A DNA stretch of 64,000 bases from Bilabrum cf. latius. Its lineage: Eukaryota. Shown piece after piece: positions 37,997 through 51,400 of this stretch (position 1 is its first letter; every line of letters starts with the position of its first letter). Made by a program: the position numbers and the translations under genes. The stretch covers positions 186,001 through 250,000 of the forward strand of contig OZ237766.1 in NCBI GenBank assembly GCA_965178125.1, written 5' to 3'. The notes below the pieces were generated by a model. That model did not search any database. It was given only the letters and a program-made list of their open reading frames with translations, and was not told the origin of the DNA.

Positions 37997-40900
37997 ATGG
38001 TCTCGCGCTTAGCTGGAACGGCTAGACAGGTGCAACTAAACACGGGTGGTACTACTGAAAAGGCGATCCTGAGCACTTTTTTCGAGAACACCTAGAAGGA
38101 GCTGATCGGACTCAAAGTTCTTGAACGAATGGGTTCGAAGGAATTGATCGTTGCAATGATGCTTGGTTCAAGATCTTGGCCGCAAGACAAATTCAAAGTA
38201 GGCCCTGCTCTCACTCCAATTGCTCAGAATGGGACAAGTGTACAGTAGACCGCAATGCACGAAGCAGCTGAGAAATTGAATGACGTGTTGAGAACAGAAG
38301 ACTCTGCTCATAGAAAGGATGCGTCCACAGCCTCAGACAAGCAAGACACGAGCTCGACGAAGGGATACGACCCCAACGAATCCAACAAAAATCAGCCGAG
38401 CAAATCTCCATGCCATGCACCGTAGATGGAGAACGCATCTTCTTCAGAGCGCCAGCATGCGAACGACTTCGTCGAACACGGCCACTCCAGTCGCAACCGC
38501 TCGGACCCAAGAGCCGACTCGATCGAGACCGTCAACGCCGGCCCCACGGGCGAGCAGCAGGTACACCTCGGAACCAGGGAGTGGTTCATGCGGGTCACAG
38601 AGGCAGCGTCATGCGCCTGCATGTGCGAGCCGGGCAAGGAAGGAAGCAAGGTATGCTGCGGGTAGTTGCGAAGGTGCCTCGCCCCGACATGCGACTGCGT
38701 GCGCACTTGTTGCTGCAACTGCGGGCCAAGATACGCGCTAGGCCACTCCACGGCCATGTACAGCAAGCAGGAAGGGCTGGTTGTGTCCACCAACATGCAC
38801 TCGGAGCAGACCAAGATGGTTCTGGGCATCACGTTTGTGCTCTTTGCCTTACTCTGGCTGGCTGCACTCGTGGTGTCTCTCGTGCTGAGGCTCACCGTCT
38901 CGGAGTACAGAGACGCGGCGGGCGACGGCCTAGCTCTGAACCAAAACGTGGTGTATATCCTAGTTCTTCTCGTCGCAGAGACATTTCCGGGCTCTTTTCG
39001 GTACGACACCACAGTCGCGATGGTTGTGTCCATCCTGGTTTTTATCGCGCAATGCGTGCGATACATGCTCATGAGGTCATACGACCAGCTGCAGCCCACC
39101 ACAGTATCCGTATCAGACCGATATCTGGGAATTGCGCCAGTGACAGCTCATCGCTTCTTTGTGTCCTATAAGTGGGGGCATCCAAGCAGTAGGAGCAAGC
39201 TGCGGAATGCCAATCGCAGCTCCACGGCAGGTGCCGAGGGCCTCGCTCGCAGCCTGGTACGGGCCCTCCCCAACGCGTGGGTGGACGTCATGAAGCTGCC
39301 CAACGCCGCATCGCTTCACGCTTCCATCTACACGGACCTGAAAGGGGCCATGTCCACCATCGTGCTGATGACTCCTGGATATTTGGGGAGCGTGAACTGC
39401 TTGTTCGAATTCTTGTGCCTCCTGAGGATGCACGCCGATGCCATCAACAGAGGGGAGCGGTCTCGCCTGACCCAGGCGTCCAGGGTGGTGGTGTACCTCC
39501 CTGTGGATGGGGACATGCCTGGACTCAAGTGGCCTGAATGGACTGATACGGCTGATATCTGCAAAAAGTACAACCGCGAAAGGATCAAGTCATGCTTGCT
39601 AGCGATGGGTGTGTCTGTGGTAGAGACTGGCTACGATTTGTTGCGTCACATCCACGACCGCATGTTCATGGGGATGCGAGGTGCCTTGATGCAGGCACGG
39701 GCTCCAGTGCAAGACTGGGGAGGGGCGGGAGGCAATACCAAAGAACACTCAGACCCAGGGGGTCCTCTTATGCACGATGCAGATGAATAGGACTCAGACT
39801 CAGTGGCGAGCTTGCACGCCTGGTGGAGCACAGCCGGCAGGGTCAGGGCTTCGGCCAAATCGGCCGTGGCTGGGACAATCGTGCCTGTTGAAATACCCTT
39901 AAATATTGCAGATTCCACTCAGGGTTGCTGCAGCCCGTGCCTGGCCGCATTCTCCTGCTCCGGGCATGTGTGCCCCCCGCCCAGGGCAATCTACGCTGGA
40001 AATCTTTGGATCGCCTGGGACGGGTCGAGTTCGGGCAAAATTTGCCGTGTGGCGCCCGGGCTGTGGTTTCTGGTGACGATCGCAGCGACGCTTGCGTACG
40101 GAGTAGCTCACATTGTTTGGGAGGACAGGAAGCTGAATGTCGGGTGGTTGAATGGGATTGATCCGCCGCTGCTTGGCACGGCGTTAGTGCTGTTGATCAT
40201 GTCGTGGCTCCTTGCTGACGGAGCTGCTGACCTCAATTGGAGGTACCAGCACAGCCCGTGCATGAACAAGATCTTGCTGGCAAGGTAGCTGCAGCCCGCA
40301 TACAAGATCAAGTCGACTAGCTCTGAGGTCCCTACAGTGGCTAGCCAAGGTGGTAATACACCTGAAGAGCATGGTAACGGCGCCGACGAGCCCGTCGCTC
40401 GTCACCACCACCTCAGGTTTGCATTCATGATGGGGGGCAGCTGTGAAACAGCAGAGTCAATCGTGTAGAACGACGTGAATAGGAAGCAACGGAGGAGGGA
40501 GAGTGAAAGGATGCCGAATACGTGGGCGAACGCCAAGCTGTCACCAGACAAAGCCGCTGGCAAGTCAACGTGTGCCGCAGCTGTATCGGAGCATGCAGAG
40601 CCACAAGTTTTGAAAGACGATGCTAAGGCTATTGTGCGTCCTAACGCCGTCGTTAATGTGTGTCAAATGCTTCGCGAGCTTGAGTTCGAGACACATGAGT
40701 ACCACTTTGACCTCGAGGACTCGAGCTGGAAGGAGAAAAGCGGCGCACACTAGAAAGCAGGCCAAACGTCGCCGAAAAAAATTCCATGCGGTCCCCTCTG
40801 CATGACCAAGGTGTTCGAGGTTTGAGGTCGATTAACGGTGGTAGCGGCGGTGGTGCGGCAGGTGCATCCGGATCGCCTTACTCTGTCCCCTTACTATCAG

Positions 40901-41506
40901 CCTCAATCAATGACGTTAACAGCGGCAAGCAAGACGGTGTCCCAGGGGAACCACTAGTCGCTGTATCGCCACAAAATACTAGTACTGGAAGTAGTTCTGA
41001 GGAGCCCCGGAAGGGCGCTTCGCGGTCTTCGGTAAACTTTGTGAAGAACGGAAAGGATCTCAAGCCCGGTATGATCTACTGTTTTGTGATCTCCACCGTG
41101 GCCCAGGCGAAGGCGTACTTGAAATCAATCTACGGATAGGACAACGCGCAGGTCGTGCTGTTGGTACACAATGAGGTGGCCGAGGAGTTGAATGTGCTGT
41201 TCGACGTCCTTCACGTGGGATACAAGACGGATAGGCGGAGTGAAGCAGAGAAGCGGCCACACCGTTGCTTTTATGCTTTCACCTAGTATATGTGCTGGCG
41301 CTTTGGTCCATCTGTGTGCTACACCCAGTGCCCATCATGCTGCCCTTCGTGTTTCTGCGGGTGCTGCTGCAAGTGCTGCAGTAGCAGGTGCTGTTGCAGT
41401 TGCGTATCGTGCAAGGCAGGTGCCCCCCCCCCAAAATCAGGATTTGGCGCAGAATCTGCTCGAGGCTCTATCGTCCAAGGTGGCGAGTGCCCTGCATCCG
41501 GGCTAA
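37997..41506 (+). CDS. Transmembrane TIR protein, copy 2 (tandem paralogue); two apparent frameshifts at homopolymers
   Basis: Collinear with copy 1, with many in-frame TAG. The frame changes near the A-run at 40775-40781 and again at the C-run at 41423-41432. Ends ALHPG-TAA where copy 1 ends ALHPG-TGA. Confidence 0.75.
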
Positions 41507-41605
41507 ACGCGGCCCCGTGTTGCATCATATTTGCCTGTCCGGCTTACTTGCTTGCTGACCTTAGGTTGCCTAGAAGGATCCGGTTGCGGGTGATCCATGC
41601 CAGGA

Positions 41606-41656
41606 TGGTGGGCTGGTGAAGAAGCAGTCGTTCGGGGTGAAGCCCAGTGGTTCCGC
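41606..41656 (-). repeat. 51-bp dispersed repeat, inverted relative to 50158-50208
   Basis: 47/51 identity by manual alignment. Confidence 0.85.
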
Positions 41657-42601
41657 GGGGCCGGGGGCAGTAATTTTTATATGGAGAAGTAGTGATGAGG
41701 TTCGAATTTAAACTGACCAAGCTTGAATGAATGAGCTCTCCAGTGGACTCTCCACGACACCCAAGGTGGAGGTATCTTGCACGCATCTAGAATGAATAGC
41801 GCGCGTTGAATGCCCGTGGCCTTCCACGATGAATCGTCGATATTCTCCACCAGCATGGGACACTTGTTCTTTTGCCTCATTACCGCCACCTTTCATGCCT
41901 GCAAAGCGTTGTTCCTTGCGGAGGGGCATAGGTTGCTGGCAGCCTTCGTGGCAGGCTCGGTAGCGGCAGGTTAAGTGATCCCAGTGGAGCCACGTATGCG
42001 GCTACCACCGCAGTATTCGTCATCATTTCGACCTTGCATGCCACCGTTATTGGTTCGGTAGATATGTACGTATACGTGAGGCCAACGCGGGTGCAGCCGC
42101 CCGTTGGTGACCCACGCAGCTATTCCCGCCCGTGTCCAATTCGCCGGGCGTGCAGTTTAATATCGAGTCAATCACAATGAGCGTCCCCGGGGTCCGTTCT
42201 TGATCGCTTCGTTGCTCGTAGGCTCGGCGTCAGCTCTCTCATTCACGGTGCTACACAGTACACTGTGGCAAGGTTGTGGCGTCCTCGTCTACGTACCGAT
42301 CCGGATCGACATATCGCTTTGCATGTCAGTTGTCACTGAGATAGTAGATGAATGACCTCCCAGGAAACCTAATGACACGATGGGCCCCTGCCCAGGCATC
42401 TAAATCCAGTCGTGGTTTAGCCCCTCGGCAGTTGTCCCCTTTCATCCAGGCCCAGGCCGCCTTACCAGCAGCGAAATGCGCAGCACAAAGACGGTTCTAA
42501 ATCTCGTTAGCGGCAAAAGTATGCTTGGAGTTATCACTTTGGCTTGCCGATTCAGTACAGATAGAATAGGCCTACTTCTTGTTTGACGAGAAGGAGATCC
42601 A

Positions 42602-45600
42602 ATGCAGCACCCAATCCACTGGCGGGTTGACGACCCACCTCGCGAATCCTACCCCAATCTGGTTCCAGTAAACATGGCATACAGTGCATGTAAAATAGAT
42701 GTATGTACTGGAGGCCGCGAAAGCATTCCTTTTGATGATTACGTTTGGCAATCGAGAATCCAAGCCCTACCACGGAGAATCCAGGCAGCGACGTCACTAC
42801 CCATTGATTTCCTGACGGAAAGGCAATTGTTGAGCTCAAATAGAGCCTACGGTGACAATTGTAGAAGTTGTGCAGCTGCGATCTGTGCCATAAACCTTAC
42901 TGCGGGACAGCTTGACGAAAGCGGGTTGCGTGGCGTGTCCTCCACAGTCGAGAGGCTTCAAGCACAAGATGCTTTCTTCATGAATTTTGCCCTCCTCATT
43001 AGTATGGGAGCCAGTTACACTGAGTGCTTGCTTCTGCCACAGCTCGAAGCTGACCTCGCCGAGGCTTCGATTGAACGAAACTCAATCGTAGTGCAACGCA
43101 TTCTACGGGATCACTACAATAAGTAGTCACATGACGGCAGTGTATCTGATGATGAGCCAAGTAAATGTTCACTTTGGAAAGGTCTTGTTCCGGCAACTGG
43201 ACCGACCGGAGAACGTAGCATCGTTGCACTGGCTGCTGCCATGGGCAGCGAGCGGATTCTGGAAGAGGCGATGGACCATGCTGCGGATGTAGACTGCGCG
43301 TTAGACTATGAGACCAGAATTCACACTGTGAGGCCAGTAGGCGCCAGATCGCTCGCTTCCAAGCGTCGAGCGATGGCAGCCATTGAGCGAAAGGCGCGTG
43401 CAGTGCTCCACGAGGCAGGTGCAGGAACAGCAGCAGAAGTTTCAGAGCAGAACTGCAGAGCAGGAGCAGGAGCAGGCGCAGAGCAGGCAGCAAGTGCTGC
43501 ATAGACGCCGGGTGCAGTTCCAGTCAATATCAGCGCGTTGCCGGAGGCTGCACACGCGGCCTTGGCTTCCCAAGAGAGTAGGTCTAGCAAGCACCGGGCG
43601 TCGCCAGTGTATCAACCCACGCAGTACACCGAAGCTCAGGCCACTTCAATGAAGTAGGCTGGGCCTCCTTCCAGTCCTCTTGTTCTCGCCGTGCGCAGCG
43701 GTTGCATGGGCTCAGTTGGAGCCATTCAGGACCAGTGGCCCATCGATCTGGATTCCCCTTGGAATGCGCTCGACGAGGCGGCATGGCATGGGGACAAGTC
43801 ACTGTTCAATTGTCTTCTCATGCGATATGAGCACAAGGTGGATATCCTCTTTCGCAAGTCGGGAATGGGCTCGCAGCACAGGCCGTCATGGTTCTCGCCC
43901 CTTGTGCATGCCGCCAATCGAGGGCAACACCAGGTCGTGTTTGTCATCACTGATCTTCTGTTGGACGAATATGCCAGGTGCAGCAGTAGCCTGTCACACT
44001 GCCAGGTAGGGGAGGAGGGAGTTCGCTAGATTCTAGGAATGGCAATCGCTGGTGCCATACGGAACGCGCGGGTCGCCGCATTGCAAATGCTCCTCTCTGC
44101 GACATCCCGCCTGTCAATCGACTGCATAATCGACGGACACATCTCCACGGACACAATCAGCAGCAGATCGCCCTTCATGCTATCGCCCCAAGGCCATTGG
44201 GGCCTGGCAGGGTGCAGTCGATTGGACGCTGCCTGCTGCACAGGCACCGTCCAAGTCCTGCTTGAGAGCGGACACGAGCGGATGTGCGACAGGATCGTGC
44301 AGCTGCTCGCCATGCAAAGGATGCACGGTGCACTGCAAGCGCTCGCGGGGGATGGCCGCATTGCCCATGTCGTCATCCAACAAGCAGCGAGGTGGTGGGC
44401 GCAGCTTGACGGAGATTACAGCGACCCAGACATGGATTTCTACGAAGATATGTAGGCCGGGGTGCAGATGTGCTGGTCCAAGTTCCTGGCAATGGGTATC
44501 GTGGAGGTCATGGTCGGTACTGCATCCTTACCCAGTCACGTGCTGACCAAGCATGCCGGTGAGTTGCGCCCCAAGGAGGCCATCGTGTTGCTCCTGAACA
44601 ATTTCATGTAGTTTGGACCTACCAAGCTGCTCATCGGAAACAGAGCCAGCGAGACGCATGCTGCCCAGAGAGACGAGTACGGCCGCCCCGTGCCTTTGGC
44701 GTACAATGGCGCCACAAGGGCCGAGCAGGACGGGTACTTTGCATGGTATATGGCCGATCGAGTGGAACGACTCATGCGGCATCCACTTAGCCTTAACGAT
44801 GCAGACCATGCTGGCGCTGGTACCGGTCCTGGTCCTGGAGCTGGAGCTGGAGCAGGAGCTGGAGCTGGAGCTACTGGTGGTGAGCCTTCATGTGCTCGCG
44901 AACTAGGAGATGATGAGGAATCGGACCCTTGCCTACTTGGAGATGTGTATGGCGAGGATGAATCCTTGCTGGAGCTTCTGACTGGGCAATACGAAGCTGC
45001 AGCTGTCCTTGCCGGCGAGCAGCGTGACGGAGACACGGGTGTCGTGACCTTGTCTGCGATCGATGAAGAGGTGCCCGGGGAACAAGACGAGCCGTTCGAT
45101 GATTTCGATGCAAGAATGCTCCAAGCACTGTTGATGAAGCCTTGTGGAGGTCTGAGCGCAAAGAACCTCTGGGCTGTGCCTGTGTTGCATGCCCTGCTGA
45201 GGGGCGGCTGGTGTCCGTTCAGCTGCAGCGAAGCCAAGAGACACCGGTTGGCCCAGACAGTGGCTCCACTGCTGCAGTCGCCCGGAATGGGGAGATACCC
45301 ATGGTTTAGGGCGCTGCTCTGCATGATGCTGTCGCTTGGATGGCCGTTGTATCGATCTGTAGATACTGAAGGTATCCCAACGCTCTGGGACAGCTACAGC
45401 TGGAATCCAGCAAAGCGGGCGGCACTCAGTACTGCGACTTAGCGCGGCGCTTGGCGCGACGTAGGACGGATCCTAGGCGACAATGAGGCCGTTGAGCTGC
45501 TTCGGCGGAAGGCAGGTACTACCAGCCGGCCAAGGCAGAGTGCTATGGTGCTGTGGATGGAGGCCAAGCGAGCCAAAGACGCGACCGAGCAGGTCTGGCG

Positions 45601-45958
45601 CACTGCACTGGGGTGGCAGCCGCTCCGGCTCGGCCGATTCCTCAGTGGTGGCACGCGGGGCTCGTGCATGGCAGTCCGTGGGGTGCTTCCACCAAGCGGG
45701 CCTGAGAAGCCAGACGCCGCACCCACAGAGGGGGACCCTGACGGCGTTCCCCCCAGGGATGGCTGCACGCTGCTCATGGCAGCTGCTTTCAGTGGATGCG
45801 AGGACTCGGTGCGGGTACTGCTTGAGGCTGGTGCGAGCCCCAGTGCAGTCGATGATTTGGGTCGAAACGCTCTCTGGTGGGCCTCGGCGAGTACAGGGAA
45901 TAGGAAGGGCTCAGCTGGGGCTGGGTCTGCCTCAATCATCAGAGAGTACTTGCAGTAA
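42602..45958 (+). CDS. Ankyrin-repeat protein (about 1,118 aa, 7 in-frame TAG, ends TAA)
   Basis: Track ORFs 42602, 43241, 43691, 44039, 44690 and 45545 are in one frame joined by TAG. Ankyrin-like NALDEAAWHG, SPLVHAANRGQ, DGCTLLMAAAFSGCEDSVRVLLEAGASPSAVDDLGRNALWWA. Start uncertain. Confidence 0.78.
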
Positions 45959-46087
45959 GTGACGAGTGTTGACTCAACATGAGGACTTGCGTTCATTACA
46001 ACGGATAGCTATCAGTTGCACTGGACTCGCGGTCTGGATCGAGGATCCCCAGGGGGATGCAACCTGATCTGTGACGCAGAACCAATC

Positions 46088-49000
46088 TCAGCTAAGCGGC
46101 CGCCCGACACGCACCGCAGCTTGGTACATTTCCAATGCGCTGGCCGGCTTGCCCAGCACGCCATCCAGCCCAGCAGCCTTGAAAGACTCCAGGTCCGAAC
46201 CCAGAGCATCCCCCGTCAGGCCGAGGATCAAGAACCTCGACCCGTGCTCGGCTCGGATGGCCCGCGTTGCTTCGATGCCGTCCATCACTGGCATGGACTT
46301 GTCCATCGTGATCAGCCCCAACGGGGCAAGATCCCCTCGTGTTGCACTGCCATGCACTGCACCCGCATCCACCGCAGCCGCTCGCGCCCTCGCAGCCTAC
46401 ACAGCTTCCTTTCCGTCCGCAGCCAGCTCCGTGTCGAACCCGATCCTGCGCATGCCCCTGGCGAGCAGCTTCCTGTTGGTGGATACGTCGTCAACAACGA
46501 GGCACCAGCCTGGTCCGGAGCCGCCGCCTGACTTGCCGCCTGTACCACGACCCCTCGTCGTGGAAGCCTTGGTTGTGCCCTTCTCCATTTTCTTCTTCTT
46601 CTTCACAACCCGCCTGCGGGTCTTGCCCTCGGGCTTTCCTGCGATAGCACCCGCCCCTGCACGTGTCCCAGAAACTGCCCTACCGCTGGAATCTCCCGAT
46701 GACTTAAGCCCGGACTAGTTGTTGCATATAGCAGCCGCGGTGCCACCCGAGTCCGTCAGGATTACAACCGGCTCGGCCTACGTACCCGGCGTTGGTTCAA
46801 CAGCACTGTCACCTCCTACGCCAGCCCCCGCCACTAGAACGCTCTCGACCTCCTTGCCATTGGCTGCCTTGTCATCCCAGTACGCATGCTCCTGCTCGTT
46901 GGGACCTGACCCGCTAGCAAGTTCAACCGAGCCTGTTGCTCGGAGCATTCTCCTGAGATCGGTGGCGACTCGTGTTACAGCTTCTGATTCGGTATGCTCA
47001 ATCTCACCCCCTGTGCTCGTTGTATTGTCGCCATCATCATCATCCGAGTCGGTAGTGCGACCACCCATTGTGTTAGTCAGCTCCGATCGAAATGAGGCAC
47101 CATCCGACACGCTGCTGGGCTTCCACCTCCTCGACATCGTCGAGTCGCCTGCCAGCATGGCCCCAGTCTCGCCACCAACGCGCCGATCGCCATCACCCCC
47201 ACCCAGCCTGCCAGCCATCGCCTGAAAGGTGAACGTAAACACGCTGCCCTTGCCCTCTCCCTCGCTCGATGCCACCAGATCGCCCCCCATCTGTCGAGCG
47301 ATCCCGCGCGAGATGTACAGGCCCAGACCGGAGGAAGAGCCCGTGTACGCCACGCCGTGCCTGGCCTGCTTGTAGGGCATGAAGAGCCCATTGATGTCTT
47401 CACTCGTCATCCCACAGCCAGTGTCGCGAACAGCCATCGCGATCACAACGCTAGTAGGCATGTCATTTGATTCCTTTCCCTCGGCAGTTCTCGTCGATTC
47501 AGACGAGCTTGCGGTCTCCAAGTACGCGGTACCATCGGAGCCTGCCCCCCTCCCGATCGATCCTACCCCGTGCTGTTCCGTACCAGGCCGCATGACTGGC
47601 AATTCAACATGACCGGCGCCTTCGGTACGGCTATCTATCCCGTGGCTCGCTCCATCCATGCCCACACCCTCACTGGCCCAAGTCTCCACCATGATCGTGC
47701 CGCCCGCCGGCGTGAACTTGATCGCATTCGACACCAGGTTGGCGAGCACCTGCTTGATCCTGACCCCGTCACCCACGACCCGACGGGGCACGCTGCCCTT
47801 GTTCACAGCCGATAGCTTCACCCTCTTGGCCCAGGCACTCCTCCGGAACACCGTCCTGATGTCTCGTAGCAGGCCACTCGGACTCACCGTGTCTTGCCGC
47901 AGCTTGAGCCTGCCCTGCTCGATGCGCTGTGCCTCTAGCACGTCGTCGAAAATGTGCTGCAGTCCCTTGCACCCTTCCTTCTGTGAATTTAATACGTCCA
48001 CACCTTCCTCTAAGTTGCGGTACATGTCCTCCACCAGCTGGCTCAAGGGATGCTACATGCTGGGTGCCCTTCCAATGGCAGGCGACATGGGAGCCGCACC
48101 GCCCTCTCCATCAGCCTGCTGTTCCTCCTGCAACTACTCCTGCTACTGCGCGCCCTCAGTGCCCTAGCGCCCTGCCGTCCCGTCTTTAGCACCATCGTCT
48201 TCGATGCGCACCCCGCCGACTCTCCTCCTCAGCTGGATAGATTGTTCCCTGACCTCCTGCAGCGTGATGCCAAGCTCGTCCACAGCCAAGGACACGGCCT
48301 AAAGGGGCACCCGGGCCTCGTGGAAGATGTACCTGGTGAACTGCTGGATGGTCTGCAGGCGGGCCGTGGTGGCCTTACGCCTCCACTCCTACGCCTCGGC
48401 TGCCTGCTTTGCCACGGCGGTCACGTCCGCCCTCACGATGACGAGGGCGAGCGTGCACCTCAGAACGACCAACATCATGTCAGTCGCAGCGGCGGCAGCG
48501 GCTGCATCCTCGTCTTTGACGCCAAGAGGGCCCGTTGCAATGAATTCGATGATAAATGATGCGGTGAAAGCAATGTATACCAGCGCCATCCAGTGCACCA
48601 AAGAGATGCTGGTGCACCTGCAGTCGTGCTGGCTCTCGTCACAGACGTCCTGCTCGCTTCCCAAGTACGGGTGCTGCGCCCCTCCCAGGATCGTATCGGG
48701 TATGTCAGCGGATAGCTGTCTGTCCTCTGATAGCATGGGAGCGCTCTTCATGCGCTCTGGTGCTTCACCACGCGCATCTGAGCCAGCCCGAGCGGCCCGG
48801 GGGTGTGTGCTGGCTCCCGACTTGCTCACCCCGTGCCTGCTCAACGAATTGACCTATACGGTGTCTTGCAGTGGCGTCACGCTCGCGTCCTTTGCATGGA
48901 CTGCACGATCATGGCTTGAACAGCACCACTGTACATCAAATCGAGCTGGGACCGAACAGCTTTCTGTGTCCCGGTTGGGATGTCTTCTGTCCATGCTGAA

Positions 49001-49896
49001 GCACGTGGTTGCCGGGTATGACATGATGCAGTCTAGCCATTGGTCGAGGGATCCACGGAATACTTCAAGAAATACGTACAGCATTGCAAACACATAAGCG
49101 ATGTCCGCAATGATAAGGACTAGCGCTTCAATCGCGCTTGGCCATTGCAACGTCAAAGCTGGTACGAGCATGCCGACCAGCGCGGTAGAAATCAGGAATC
49201 CTGGCAGCCGCCGATCGCGAAAACCAATTGCTAGATTCAAATCGTTTGCCATAGAGAAGCTAAGGGAACCAACAATAAGACCCCGCTGCTACCACAGGGT
49301 GAAGCCGCCCGGCGCAACCGCTCGAGTTGAGCTCTCAAGAGCTAGAAATAGCACATGGACTCCAAGCTGCGGAGATTGGGTATAAAATGGACATATTCGC
49401 AAAGCAGGGCACTATAAACAACGAGATAAGGAAGCACCCGCTGTCGCTGTTGGCTCACTGCTGTGTTCAATACGGTTGCACTTGCGAAGAACCAAGCCAG
49501 ACGGGGCCTGAGCCCAGAGAAAAGGCCATAACACATAAACAGAGCCTGCACAAACAAGATGGTAGCCTCAGACTGTCTTGCCCATGACAAGTGGAAGTCT
49601 TCTGGCTTCCCGCATGATGCAAGTGCGGTGCTGGTGTCCATGCAACCATTCCCATCGATCATCGAGAGAATCAGGAAAACTATGCCCATGAATATAGCAA
49701 CAACATGCCATGTTCTATACCAGTCCTAAATTGGGACAGGAAACATAGCAAATGTGATTTCCACTTCAGGTTCGCGATGGTCGCAGTAATGCCGACGACA
49801 CGCATGGGCTTCAAGTTGGTCGCATCTCAATGCAGCATGGCATGAGCATGCCTTGCATCCCGCCATGCAGCCTCGGCCGCGAAGGCAAGTCGACAT
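46088..49896 (-). CDS. Hybrid histidine kinase: multi-pass TM sensor, HisKA, HATPase_c and receiver; one probable intron (49367-49458); about 12 in-frame TAG
   Basis: H-box RYIFHEARVPL*AV, N-box QVLANLVSNAIKFT, G1 VRDTGCGM, F-box LFMPYKQ, G2 SGLGLYIS, receiver LVVDDVSTNRKLL...ITMDKSMPVMDG...LGKP; ends TGA at 46088. Confidence 0.88.
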
Positions 49897-50157
49897 GTGT
49901 GCAATATCGCATCATCATGATCACGGTGACTGAGTCTTGATACTTTCAGGTTTTACACTAGCGAAAGATTGCCCTCGTGCTGGCTGGGCCTCATGAAGCC
50001 GTCAGACTGGGCGATCATCTGCCCTCCTGGAGCGAGAGCCCGAGCTACCGGGGGCCCACCGCAGAATCATACGCGTAATTCGGAGGGGCATATTACGTGA
50101 GGCCGCGTACGCTTCGCCCATGCCGCGTCGTAGCCCCGGGCCCCATTCGAATGTGAT

Positions 50158-50208
50158 GCGGACCCACTGGGCTTCACCCCGAACGACTGGTTCTTCACCG
50201 GTCCACCA
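50158..50208 (+). repeat. 51-bp dispersed repeat, inverted relative to 41606-41656
   Basis: 47/51 identity by manual alignment. Confidence 0.85.
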
Positions 50209-51400
50209 GAATGCGGTATTCATCTGACACTACGAATGTACACACCACTTTCCCCATGCACCCGACTGGCCTCGTCGCCACATGGCTTCCTGTTCCTGTT
50301 CCCCGCCCTAGGGACCGTGTGCTTTGCTCCCAGCATCGCCACCTTGGCCCTATCCTTTCAGCTTGCACGCGCCGGTCCTGGCCGACCTGCCGTGCGCCCC
50401 ATCTGTCCACCCACCTGTTGGCCTTCTGCGTGCTGCTGGCCATGCAGTCCGCTGCCACCCGCGTCTCCCTCGTGCCTTGCACCTGGAGCCCCCATTCCTC
50501 CCGTTGTGTTCTCCCTGTTGACACCGCACTGTCGTCGCCTGTGCCGGTGTCCCCCTCTTCTTCTCCACCTCCTGTCCTCCCGCCTCGTCTTCCGTCTCAC
50601 CTCTGCTCCCCGTTGCTTCAATCCTGATGTCCGAGTACATATAACAAGATCCCGTGAGCCTGGTGCGTTCGACACGCCAGACGTAGACTGCGCAATCCAT
50701 GTACAAATCATGACTTAATGAAAGGGGGAGTCAAGGACGCATGCCTGTGCCATGCACAAATATGCACGCGGTCTATTGTGCAGTGTACTTATATTCACAA
50801 AATCGGTATTGTACTTGCACCACTGGTTGATAGTCCACCTCACAAGAAATCGAAAGCGATTTTGTGGTAACAGTGCGCGTATCACGACGAAGATGAATAC
50901 ATGTGTCTGGTTTTCAGTGAGTCCATTACATCCTGACGCCTGATACTCCTGCAAATGACGGATGATGATTGGTGTGTCTTCAACACGATCTCTCCCATAT
51001 ACCTTGTGTGGGCGGGCAAGTGCAGTCAGCCTCCACGAGCTCGATGAAATTGTGTATGCACTTACTCTAGCAGAGTATGTTGTGCCATGCATTGCCCTAA
51101 TTGTCGTCTATTTATGCCTCACATCGAGCACGCGCCACAACTACTGTTCTGCGTTTTGCATGCTTTGTCTGAAAGCATGGAGACTTCACACTTGTATTGT
51201 GGAAAGACGCATTAAAAACCTAATATATCTATTCTCGGCCTGTGGGTCGCTTATTTGCGGTGGCAGCTGTCCGGGTGTACTTGTCTTTCCCGAGTAGGTC
51301 ACAAGTCCTGACTTCAGTTACGTCATTTGATACATCTGGCCAGGCAGTACGGTAGCACCACTTCTAGTACGCATATTATATTGATTTGAAGTGATCGCAG

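Noticed and set aside
46088-49896. Bacterial contamination suggested by the two-component kinase
   Set aside because: The gene uses TAG as sense, has a probable GT-AG intron and lies among clearly eukaryotic genes.
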